A stretch of DNA of 61,197 nucleotides, the filler included, from Basidioascus undulatus (lineage: Eukaryota): NCBI GenBank assembly GCA_000826855.1. It is 6 parts of 6 records of this genome, joined end to end, with 100 filler letters (N's around TTAATTAATTAA, not from the genome) between each part and the next. Parts side by side here need not be neighbours in the genome. Positions count along the whole stretch, not along the records: positions 20,389 to 47,622 come from JTLS01000169.1; 5 more parts are not named here. The stretch is one strand, 5' to 3'. Shown here piece by piece: positions 23,604-35,400 of the stretch; positions within the stretch are counted from its first letter, which is position 1, and every line of letters begins with the position of its first letter. The notes beneath the pieces were generated by a model. That model worked only from the letters and a program-made list of their open reading frames with translations, was not told the DNA's origin and searched no databases. Both the position numbers and the translations under genes were made by a program.

Positions 23604-24798
23604 ATGAAGCTACCGCCACCCTCGCTTTTGTCATCCTCCCTTACTTGGTTGCGGCGCAGAGCAACCAGAACAACCTCCCTCGATGCTTCGTCAACTGCGC
23701 TCAACAGGCCCTCTCGAGCACCGGCACGGACTGCACCAAGCCGTGAGTACCTTATTCTTCCCTTCCGCCTCTTTTAGGCGCTCACAATGCTGTCGGATGA
23801 ACATGCAGTAATCCTTTTGCTTGCGTGTGTGCTGAACCCGCTACGCAGCAAAACGCGTTGCAAGTGAGCAGCAGGAGAATGGGGGAGAGAGAGAAGCCGG
23901 GCTGAAGCGCTGCCGTCTTCCCAGTGCGTGTCGAGCTGTAGCGCTGCGGATCACCAGCAGGCGGAGCCGTACCTCACGGTGAGTCAGGATCTGCCTATGC
24001 GAGACGACTGATACTGAATGATGCCGGTTGCAGGCCGTGGGATGCGACTACTCGGTGCCGGGCAGCGGCAGTTCCTCGTCTTCCCTCCCGTCCTCATCGT
24101 CCGTCACAACTTCATCCTCTTCTCTACCCTTCACCTCTTCCTCTTCCCTGTCCTCCACCTCTTCCCCTTCGACCCTTACCAACACATCTTCGAGCACCTC
24201 ATCAAGCTCGACCTCGTCGTCCGCCGCTCAATCGTCGTCGTCGCTGGCAACCTCATCGTCCGTCGCATCTTCGTCTACCTCTCCGTCTTCTTCCTCTCCT
24301 GCGTCTTCGACCGTTTCCAACACTGCTTTGAGCACCTCCTCTTCAAACTCGAGTCCCTCCTTCACCCCTCAAACGACCTCCACGGCGATCGTCACGGCGG
24401 TGGCTTCGCAGAGCACACCGACCGACGGCGCGGACTCCACCGATTCCCCCGACCCTTCTCCCTCACCTAGCGAGACATCCTCTCCTGCTACGACTACTAC
24501 CGTCGTCGCCGCCAACCCCGCGAATGGAGACACGCCGACTACGGTCGGCAAGGACAGCACGTCCTCGCTGACCTCGTCCGCTTCTCGCATGTCCACCCGC
24601 CTTCGCTCCTCCTCGACAAGTCCCACGAGCGCTGCGCCTGCCTTGACCTCCGGGGTGTGTTGAACTGACATGCGGTGGGGGACACACGTTTTCTAACACA
24701 TCGTTACACAGTCACCCCCCAACGGCGCGTCGCCCGTCACACCTGGCGCACAGTCGGCACTCGCGCTCGCACTCACCGCCGTCCTCCTGGCGATCTGA
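23604..24798 (+). CDS. CFEM-domain, Ser/Thr-rich, GPI-anchored cell-surface protein (start frameshifted, or uses the upstream ATG near 23486)
   Basis: Signal-like ATATLAFVILPYLVAAQ. Eight-Cys domain LPRCFVNCAQQALSSTGTDCTKPNPFACVCAEPATQQNALQCVSSCSAADHQQAEPYLTAVGC spans 4 exons. A long S/T tract follows, then a last exon SPPNGASPVTPGAQSALALALTAVLLAI* typical of a GPI signal. Confidence 0.85.
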
Positions 24799-25086
24799 AG
24801 CACTTCCACTCTTCGCTTTATGACTTCTCTCGCATTTGCAAACTCGCGGACATCGTTGAGTTTATTTATTCCAGCATTTATGTTGTCTATATCCTTCGTT
24901 CTCTTGCACTCTTCGCATCGATGAGAAATTGATGTCAGTGGACAAACGCTCTGTTTGGAAAGCCTTGAGCTCAGAGACCCGGACAGGCATAGACTACATA
25001 AAAACTTTCGCACAAACAGATCGTGGCCTATCAAGCTCGTACACGTCACCGAGGTCCCAAAGAGAGATCGTCCGTCAAGCCGAACT

Positions 25087-27900
25087 CTATACCCTGTCAA
25101 GCACTTGCGGGACGCTGCCCAACTGCTCCGTTTCCCTTTTCTCGTCCGCAACCCCGCGGTCTTTTTCATCCACCGCATCCGTCTGGCTCGACGTCTCGCT
25201 CGACACGTCCGCAACCCTTTCCGCAACGCTGGTCCCATTTCAGGAAGCCGAGGATAATGCCAATTCAAATAACTGACAAGGTGAAGGAATAGGGACAGGT
25301 CAGCAAAGCCGTTAGTCAACCCGGGAAAGGGGGACAGCAGGTGGGGGGTTGGGGGAAAGGAAACGCAGTCTGCATCGAGAGGAAGCAAACCGTGAAAATG
25401 ATGCCCGGCCGCGCGGTGGGCATATAAGATGTGTGCCATGCGGTAAAACTTTCCCAAATTTGATGCAAGTATGCGAAGTCTATAGACAAGCAGCCTTCCG
25501 TGGGCAGCAGGAAGCGAGCCAGGAGCTACCAGCAGTTGTGAAACTCACCCTTGGCCGCGCCGACTACCAGCGTGCGCTCGTCTTGGTCGCCTCCGCATAT
25601 CTCGTTCAGCCAGGACAGGATCATGCCGAATTGTCCTCCCAGAGTGCCGACAGTCCAGTAAATGACTGAAAAAGGGCCCTCCGGTAATCAAGGCGAACTT
25701 TGGCAGAAGCTCTGCACAGGGTGTACAGAAGTACAGTCCTCGGGACTTGTAGAGGGGAATAGCGAGAAGGAGAATGCCGATAATGATGACATAAAGGGAG
25801 TTGACAATGTGCAGAGGCCAACGTGGGCCACGGAGGGTGCCATCTGAGATCCAGGCCATGGCGCTGGCGAACAGCCGGTGAAGTCAGTAGCCGCCTCGCA
25901 TGTACGTCGGAATGCAGGAAGCGTACGGGCAACGATGATATGAAGTCCAACTGTTAGGATTGGAGAAGGTCAGCAAGATATGCAAGTTTTCCCTGATAAA
26001 CAACGCACTAGCAGGAAGCGGGCTATGTAAAAGCCCAGTCAGCAAAATCCTCAAGTGAATGAATGCGGTTGCAGCAGTATTCTTACTAGTCAATCACCTG
26101 GGGTACGGTATACACCATCGGCTCTCCAGGTTTATTGAAGGACTTCAGCCAGAAGGGGAAGACTGTGGCGTACCGTCAATCAGTTTCCGATGAGGTTGGC
26201 GTATCCGCCCGATCTCTCTGCTTACTCTCGCTCATGCCAGTCGAATTGTTCCAGAACCTGCGGAAGAAGGGTGAGCCCCAAATAAGCTTGCAGGATGTCA
26301 AGCGGAAGGGAGGAACGGCACGCACATGTAGAAATACGGAAGAATCCAGATCTTCCAGCCAAACACGATCCGCTTGACCTTCGGCTTTCGTCCAAGACTC
26401 GCTCCCCTTACGACCGGATAGCCTGCAATAGGTATGCGTGTCAGGTTATTCCGCGCACCAGCTTACCTGTCATTGAACGAACAACGTACTCCATGCGAAG
26501 CTGGGCGAGTAGTGCAATGTCCCGTTCCGACCACAGCCACGTCTTAGCGCATGCGATGAGGGAGGTTTGGGAACTGAACGGAGAGGTCAAAACCTTTGAA
26601 GGGCACAAAAGTACAAATACGGTAGGTAGAAAAAGAATATGAACCCAGATAGCGCTATAGGCAGGGCTGAAGTTCGTGTGTCAATTGGGAGACGCTTGAA
26701 TGGCTGAAAGTCCTTCCGGGAAGCTCACAGACAATAGCATTCGTTATGAAGAGCCAGCCGTGGATATTATTTAACAGAAATTATCTTTTTTTTTTTGGTC
26801 TTCTGGTGGCGTTTACAACGGGCATGCACCGCCAGCCGGCCAAACCGTGCACGCCGTTCAGGTTGGTGTACGTCGCAGCTTGCAGGACCCCGGAGAACTA
26901 CGGATGAGATAAGAAACGATCAATGATGGGAGGTGCGCTGTTGAAAACCGACCTTCTCTCAAGACTGAGAGCGTTGAAGGCCTACTAGTCTTCCACAGGC
27001 ACACCTACTAGTCTTCCACAGGTACCTATTGTGTTAGAGGCAAAGATCAGCCCGAGATTTACTTTGAAGCTGCCTCTTCTTTGCGCACCGGATGTGTGGA
27101 ATATCATGGCTCGTTTAGCTAGTTCATCTCCCTGGTAAAACGACCCCATGATGACTGATGGACAGGCTTAGTGCAGATCGTTAGAGACGGTCGTATGCTA
27201 TCGACTGATGTCTAGTTACCAGATTCCCTACTTACACTGCATTCCTGGATAGAACCCTGGTTTAACGGAGAATATGAGAATGACATAGTCACTTAAGGCT
27301 CAATTTGAATGTCGATAGACACTCACAGGACTCAAACAGGCCGATCAAGAAACTCATGCCGTATACGGCCTTGACGTCTTTCACGCCGTACGTGCCAAGG
27401 GCTACGGAGCATATGTGGTATTGGGAGTTAGTCAAGACTCAGAACCACGCATGAACGATCCCAGACTTACACAGCGACCATGCGACCTCGCAGAACGGGA
27501 TTCACCGCGCCGGCGAGATCCGGGTGAGGTGCAGGTTGCTCGGAATTTGACCGATGCTGCCCGATCAATTTCAGCGTTATCATCCAGTAACATACCATAA
27601 AGAATTTCTTCTTACACATAGCCAGCAGTGTACAAGGCCTTGGCGTTGGACAGCTCGTCGCGCCACATGTCGAGCTCCTCCTTCATGCCTCTGACGAAAG
27701 CATCTGAATGTTCTGTTCGTCGAGTTGCTTGGTGAAGTACCCGAGAGATGCGAGTGTCAGAAGTACTGCGTCCAGTCTGAAGAGGAACCGACGCTCGACG
27801 GGGTGCTTGCTGATTGACACAAGGGAGTGCACGGGGGGATCAGTACGGTCCACAGACGTGCGGGTTGGAAATGTTGGGATGGCAGAACTCACTCGAGTGT
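25087..27900 (-). pseudogene. Degenerate MFS transporter of the ACS/allantoate-permease type (liz1/FEN2 pantothenate-transporter-like)
   Basis: ERRFLFRLDAVLLTLASLGYFTKQLDEQNI / [61 protein letters not shown] and NEICGGDQDERTLVV. Frameshift near 27704, an acceptor mutated to CGG at 26758-26760, and further stops. Boundaries approximate. Confidence 0.82.
26981..27022. repeat. Tandem duplication of CCTACTAGTCTTCCACAGG (19-nt unit, 23-nt period)
   Basis: Exact copies at 26981-26999 and 27004-27022. Confidence 0.9.
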
Positions 27901-28759
27901 GTCCCAGACCTGTCCCTTCCAACCGCGTTTGGGCGTCTTCTGGACGACGTGGAAAGCTCGGCCTTGTGTTTGGCGACGCGAGCGTCACCGCGGCGACGTC
28001 TTCTGCACTGGGGGTGCGAGGCCACCCGAACACCGTGGCCAGTGGGAGGTGGGAGAGACGACGCGGTTCCCAGAAAAAACGGTACTCATCGGGCTTTTAT
28101 GAGCGAAAGCGCAGCAGGACCTCCGCTGCTGTAAGTTCGCGATCGTGCAATGCGACTACCATCAGTCGCAACGCACGCGCTGATCGTGGAAGACTAATGT
28201 AAGAGCGGTCTCGCTGCAAGGCGTATATTTTTTTTAGGAAGGCTTCGCGACGTTGCGTGCGTTGGCTAGGTGTCCATACCGGATAGGGTGCAAGAGAGGC
28301 AGCGAGCGGTGGCGCGACCTCCCACGGCTACGAACCGCGGACGCGAGCGTGGCTGCGAGCGACGTCGGGCGCGAGCGAAGCTCGAGCGCTGCTGAGTTCG
28401 GGCGGGCTACGAACGTCGGAGGGTGTCACGAGTGGGCGAGGCTCGGAGGGACCAGGTCTGGATCACGTTCGCTTCGGCTTGCTAGGTCGGAAGACTGTAG
28501 GGAAACGGATGAGGTCAACTGGGGTGCGTGCGTGTGGGTCATGAGAAATGATGGAGAAAGAGGGAAAGGGCATAAGGCATAAGAGTTGTGTCGTGGCGCG
28601 TACGGGGTGCAGTTTAACGTCGTGACCCGCACGGGGCTTTGACCGCCAGCCCTGAGCAGATTGAACATGACGCTGTCCCGGGTCGAGCCTGGTGGGTTTC
28701 AGGCCTCGATCGTGGCCAATCAGTTTAGCGTCTTTAATCAGGACGATGCCATGGGGCAG

Positions 28760-30480
28760 GGAGAAGGGGTAACGGAGGAGTCCCGATGCCGAGATGAACT
28801 TGATTACCGCCGGGACTGCATCGGGGTGAGAGAAGGGCATGACTCTGGAAAGGGTGCTTGAGGCGGAAGATCGTGCTGCGAAGCCGGTTCGACCCAAGGA
28901 GCTTGTTGATCATCTTGTGGATCGAATCTGTAAGTACTGACTGGGTGATCGAGATGGGCGACGGCGCAAGGCCAGGACGGCGCCCCGGTTGTCAATGTGG
29001 ATGTAAACCCGGGAGGGTGAAGCCTGCGTAAGGAAGCGGGTAGAGAGCATGTCAAGTGCTAGGACGATCCCGGTTAGTTCCGCCTCAAAGACTGCGTGCT
29101 CCTCGCAAGGGCCGAGGTGTGTAAGCGAGAGCCGTCCCTGAGCAGCAAAGCGGCAGTCTCCGACGCCTGTGCCCTTGATGAGCGAGCCGTCAGAGTAGAA
29201 ATGTAAGACATCAGGGCGTTGCGTGCGCGCAAGGAGCGCGGCGTGCGCTTTCGACGGCCTCCTTTTTGCCCAAGGTAAGCTCGGTTGCGTGAGACGGCTC
29301 CCACCACGATGGGAAGAACCAACGAGCGAATCTCTTCGAGGTGATGTGGGAAGTAGAGAGCCTTAAAGGCGATATGAGCATTTGACGCGTGCCGCCGAGC
29401 CTGTCTGTTATGCGCCCGTGCCATGAGGCTCTTCGCCGGGTTGCTCTGCGGGAGCGTGAGTGCGCGAGCAAGCGAGGAGGCGACCGCCCGGTTAAGATGA
29501 GAGAGCGTCGAAGGGAGGTTAGCCATAGTACAGTGCGTGAAGAGGGGTAGTTCGGAATGCTCCAAGCATTATGCGCATTGCGAGCTTCTCTTTCTTAAGC
29601 GCGTAGACGGTGCGCCCATTAGTGCCATACATGTGCCAGATTACCGCGGGGTAGTCCGTGCGGGCGTTGATGATCGAGATGAACAGCCTGCGGAAGTGAG
29701 CCAGCGGGATGCTCCACGTGGTGTGGGAGAGCGAGGAGAGAGCTATCAAGCTTTGTGTTCCGACTTGGCCGACTTGGCCGCGTGCGCCCGAGGCTTCTCA
29801 TTCGCTCCACGCGTCTCGGCATCAGCGTGGATGAGCACAGGCAGTTTGCGCTGCAGATTCGAAAAGCCAACTTCGGCCCCAGGGCCCCGATTGACGTTGA
29901 TCCCAAAGAGCTGAGCGAGATACTATTCCACGCCGATGCTGCAGCTCGTGCTGCATGGTGCGAGGTATGTGGGCGTTCTTCCGGGTCAGCTTGCCAAGGT
30001 TGGGTTCTCGGGAGCATCAGAAGCAGGATTGGCCCACGCACAGGGACATAAGTCATCGAATCACCGTACAAAATATATATCCTCTGAAGAGAGGCTGAAA
30101 AGTCTTTAAACAGTGGTGCAAGGCGCACAGGCTGTAGCGCTTGTAGCGGTCGAGTGCGTCGAGCGGGGTGGTCGGGTGAAAAGCGTCGAGTGAAAAGCGT
30201 CGAGCAGGAGAGAGATGCGTTTGGCAACTTGACAATGAGATGCTTTTTGAACGGCCTATTGGGTATTGTGTGGAACATTAGTTGCTCTCTCAAAGGAAAA
30301 TGCGCGTTGTGCAGCTGTGTTTCGCATGCCTCAGTTGTGCCGCCGTGGAAGCCTCCAGACATCAAGACCGAGACCAGCGCGACCAGCACGACCTCGGTGG
30401 AGGACGCCTCGGCCAGCTGCGCAAGGCTGCCAGTAGTTTACCGCGGTGAATACAAGCAATTCCACAAGATTTGGACGTCG
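28760..30480 (-). mobile_element. Decayed non-LTR retrotransposon (LINE, Tad1-like) ORF2 relic
   Basis: Frameshifted RT-like motifs LDV-x-GGFH, GPILLLM and LGPKLAFR, then LSSLSHTTWSIPLAHFRRLFISIINARTDYPAVIW and AMRIMLGAFRTTPLHAL, and a terminal PAVIKFISASG, as in fungal LINE ORF2. Many frameshifts; ends undefined. Confidence 0.8.
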
Positions 30481-32455
30481 TGACCAGACTGACACACAAG
30501 CCTAAGGCCTTGACGCACACTGCACTGACTTCTACGCTGTAGTCACAGATGCCTGGAAGAAACAATTACATACACAACGAAGGTCAGTGCAACGTGTACA
30601 GGGCTAGGGAATGAAAGTGCGCCTGTTTGCAGAAATCATAAATGACTTCCTTCCATGGACTGCAAACGCTTCCGCGCTGAGACGTCCTACCTGAACCTGG
30701 CGGCCGCAATCCACATTCGTTGTCAATTGTGAGCAACCATGGATTTGAAGCACTCCTGAGTAGTTGTTACGGAACATCACGGTAGGTCCCTTTAGCTCTT
30801 AAACTGGCAAGCAAGAGATGAATTTACTTTCGCGTCAACAGGCCCTCATCCTCCTCCACCGGCCGGGAGCGATGAGCCGGTACGACAGGTACATGCACCG
30901 CGGCGCCTTTGCCGATAGGCGTCACCTGGGGCGGATCGGGACCTCCAGTTTCGGCATCCACGTCCTCATCCGCTGGGACGGGTGCAGGCGCGTTGTCGGG
31001 GTAGTGCGAAGGAAAGCCATGCAGGCGGGGCTGTTCGTGTGAGGGTGTCGGCGGATCCATCACCGATGCTGCAGTGTCGAAGGAATACCACCAGTGTATG
31101 CGAAGTCAGAATGGGGCAAAATGTCATGGCGGAAGTACGTCGAGGCGTCCAATGGGTGGTCGGTTGAGAGGCAGACGTACCGGCATCATGCGCAGGCTTG
31201 ATGTTAGGGTGGTGGCCGCTCATCGTTTATTTGGGAAGATCCGTTCAAGGACACCAATAACAAGCACAGGCGAAACGCGTCGACGAAGGTCAAGAGTAAG
31301 GGATGTAACCCAAGAAGCGAGCCCGTTCGAGGGCAAATAAATAAATGACGACGCATCTCTCGTGGAGCTCTCGGACTCTGTACTTGCCAGTTTGCTCAGT
31401 AGTCGCTCAAAGTCGCTGTTTCGATCGCAGCACTGCGAGTTCAAGTCCATACACTGCACCCATCCGAAGGAGAAACGATAGAGCTACCTATACTTTGAGC
31501 CGTACCTCACCACCCGGCCTGCGAATGGGACACAGGACTGTAGGCAGCCACAAGCCGCGCCGGCGACTGCAGGGTCAAATTTAAGAGCTGCATGCATCAA
31601 TGCAAGCTGATGCGAGTTGTTCTTCTTAGTGAAGAGGACTACGAATAGGGCTTCGATTCCAGTTGACAGGATATTTACCGCGTGATGACTCGAACTATTC
31701 CTGGCTAATGCAGGCGCCCAACCTGGAACGCCAGGCCCGCTATCGGTCTCATTCGCCAGCAAAGGAGCAAATGGCAGCAGGGAATCTTTCAAGGAAAAGG
31801 TCGTGCATTGAGATGTGCCAGAGTTGATTAGTGAACGACGCTTAGAGCAATGACAGCGCGTCCACATGCCCAACCCCGTAAGGTCAATCGAGCCCCCGCC
31901 GCGAACCAGCAATGACTGTACAGAGAACGAGACATAGCGCAAAGTAGGCGGAGGCATGACTGTAAGGAGAAGAGAAGGGAGAGAGGGAGATTCGTCCTTA
32001 AAAGGTTTCCATAGTGTTTAGGGCCGGTCCCACAACGACGCGGACCGTCGGCAGTTTGCGGCAGTCCCCCTCACAACAAACCACCTTCACTCCTACACAT
32101 TAAAACAGCTTTCCTCCAAACAGCCTTTCCGAGCCTTTCAAGTGATTAAGGTATGATAGCCGAGCTGAGACGACAGGATGAATGGCTTCGAGACGTCGCC
32201 TGTTTCCACGCTATAGGCGGCCTTCAAGCGAACGCGTGTGAAAGTACTTGCGTCGCAATTGTTTGCGAGTCTATTGGATGTGGAAAGGAAACTTCACGAA
32301 AGATAGTCAAGATATCAATGTGGACCCGTTATCTTGAGGACTACAACAAACAATGTTCATTCAGTGCAATGCAGTAGCGGGACTAAGTCAACGGCCGTCC
32401 ATACACATCGTAAGCGGTAAGCACGGGCAAACACAACGTGCACAAATTAAATGGT

Positions 32456-35400
32456 TCAGAAATGTCCAGAGTCATCCGAAAGCCCGTCGCTTGTTTGATC
32501 CCCCCTGTGTCCCCCGTGAAGCGCATTCCGCCCGTCGAACATTGCGTTGAACCCAGCCTGCCCATCTCCCGGATCCCCGATGACTCCGAAGCTATCCTGA
32601 CAGGCTCGGCCGAGATGTTCGAGCTCCTGGATGACTGTGCGGAGACACAAAGCGTACGCGAAGTACAGAAGGTACTGGCTGTCGCCTCGCTTCGCGCGCT
32701 CGCGCACCACCGGCATCTCGCGAACTTTGGCGAGAAGGCGCGCCCGTGAAGCAGTCGCGTCGGGGAGATAAGGTGGAAGAGGGGTCTGAGGACGAAGAGT
32801 AAGCCTGGACACGCTATACTCCCTGAAGGCGACTGAAGACGCACACGGAGCCGAAACGCAGCTGCCAGTATCGAAAAGTACAGGATGATTGAGCCGACCA
32901 TCTGCACATCGAAGACTGTTGAGCAAGTCAGCGGCGGTGAAGTCTTGAGAAAGCACCTGCCTCTCGCCGCTCTTCGTTGACTGGAAGAATGAAGTCGCGC
33001 CGAACGGACTGTCACGGCGGTGTTTTCAGGCAGGCGTCCCTGCAGACACGGAGCTGTACATACGCACCGTATACCTATAAGGAGGCCCACTGAGTCATCT
33101 TGAAAGCGAGACTTACAACGTTGAACGCACCATTGGGGCTTGTTTGTGACGAGTCGCATGGTATGGATCGCTTCGAGTATACGTTGGCAGCTGCATGTTG
33201 TCAGTCTGCGGTTGAGACCGTTCAGGCCGAAACATACTTACTTGTTCAGCATACTTGCGTAGACCGCGACTGGAAAAGGGCCCTGGGGGAGAAGAGCGTT
33301 GGGTGCCCTGCGAGTCCGTATAATTCAGATCGCTCACCTTGAGACGTGGCTCGTTCTTGGTCTGCGAGAGGAGCTCCTCGAGCTTGAACAGCTGTATTTG
33401 CAAATGTAGCTCCCTTTCACTCCCCGACCAAGAGTTAGATTCGAGTGCTACACCCGGCGCACTGAACGCACATCGCCATAAATTCCCTCGCCGAAGTTTC
33501 GATGTGTAGGGCTGTGGGGTCGCTCAGCAAACCCGCCCGCTCATCGGCAGCTTCAAGCACGGGCGCTATGTCGTAGTACTGCCAGCCGCTGTCCGAGCTG
33601 GACGCCGAGACGAGTGGCGGCGGTGGGATCGAGTATGACTTGACGAGGCGGTCGTATAGGTATCCTAGATCCAAGCAGAGGCTGCGCGGTACCGTGGCGG
33701 TTAGCGGAGCAGGAAGGCCGCGGCGCATTGCGAGGGAGTTGACGCACTCAGACAAACCGTTTCGAAGTTCGCGGCGGGCCTCAAACGGCCACCAAAGGCG
33801 GCTGACGATCAGCGACCAAGCGATGCCTGCTATGACGGAAGTCGAACGGCGAAAGGCCACTTCGAACGGATGGATGTCCTTTTCCCGAAGACTGCAAGCA
33901 TCGGTCCGGGATTAAAATGCCGACGGAGCAGAACGGGACCAACACCCACTTGAAGGAATACAGTGCGGTGAGGTTATCTATCAGCACAGGCTCAGCCAAG
34001 ATGCGCCAGCTTCAACTCGTGAATAGACACCCGTACGCACAGGTCAGGAGAATGAAGCGGCCCGGCGGTGCGTACTTGGGCCTCGTGACGATCAAATAGA
34101 AGCACGGGAGAGAGAAGAACTATATCGAGCACCTCAAATATACTATGTTCAGAAAGTTATTAGTAATGGGAGCCGGAAGACGAGACATACAAATCCCAAG
34201 GTTGGCAGCAAGATAGCCCCTCGCAGTCCGTTGCCGAGAAGCATGAAGACGAGGCAGGCCACCGCCGCACCCAGGAGCGTGCCGGCCGTACGGTGAAAGC
34301 CGAGAAAGTTGGTCTAAAACGGCAGTGTATTAAAAAAGCGTAAATCGTCTACACTGATGGCAGGCGTACCTGACCGACAGTCGGCGAAAAGCAGACGAAG
34401 CAGCTGAGCAATGCCCACTCGATGCGCCATTCGAGAACGAGCGGTCGCAAACCCTTGATGAACGCAGGTACCGCAAGCAGTGCCATAGCGCCGCCTAGTC
34501 ATCGAAGGGGTTAAAATCACGTTAGCAGCAGCATTTCACCATCAAATGCACGTTACGCACCGCATTTCACGGCGAACTTGATGTTCGGTCTTCGCAAGCG
34601 CTGCCCCATCTCCCAGATGAAGTGCTTGAGTCTAAGCCATGCGCTCGATAGCCTCGATCGGCCTGGAGAATGCGCCGTGTCGGACTCGTCGCTCGTATTC
34701 TTTGGGAACGGCGCTGAGCGCTTGGCATCGGAGGGGGCGACGGGGATGACCTTTGCTGTGACCCACTCATGCACGTCGACCACGAGTAAGAGACGCCGAA
34801 GGCGGAAAGGGACGTACAAAGCGACTTGCTCAACGATCCTTTCCCTGCACCCGGCGCCCGAATGCCAGCCGCAGGCTTTGTCTTCCCCGTCCGCAGCCCG
34901 ACGCAGCCGAAAAGGCGGCCCCGCCAGGTGCGCCGCTCCGCCTGGACTAGCCGTTCTCGCTCATAGATCTCGCCCATGACTTCGACAAGGTTGCGGAGCT
35001 CGAGCGCAAGTTCCTGGAGGTTGAAGAGAAAGAAGTACAGGACGAAGATGCTTTCGCCGGTTTCGGGGGAACGACACGCGTCGAGCGAGCCGTTCCAGCG
35101 CTCGGGCGTCGTTGACGATGCGCTTCGGGTATATACGCGTTTGACGGCACGGCCTACAAAGAGCTGAGTCAGAAGGAGTCGGCAGAATCCAAGCAAAGCG
35201 AGGGAGCTACTCGAAGCTTGCTCGAAGTACGACAATGCCTCGGACAGCTCAGCTCGCAGCCTGGCGAAATCGTGCTCTTCGCCTGGCGCAGAGAGATGCT
35301 TAGCACCGGCCCGCGAACGAATGAACGCCATTCGGATGTGTTTGAGCGTGCGAGTGCACGTTTTCTGAAGTATAGACATAAGTTGAAGCGGGTGAAAAGT

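Noticed and set aside
24693..25457. 254-aa minus-strand ORF overlapping the CFEM 3' end
   Set aside because: An off-frame read through the decayed MFS tail and antisense to the CFEM last exon; no motif.
26786..26796. T11 run as the poly(A) tail of a retro-insertion
   Set aside because: Lies inside an intron between the GLAGWR and WLFI exons of the MFS pseudogene; no TSD.
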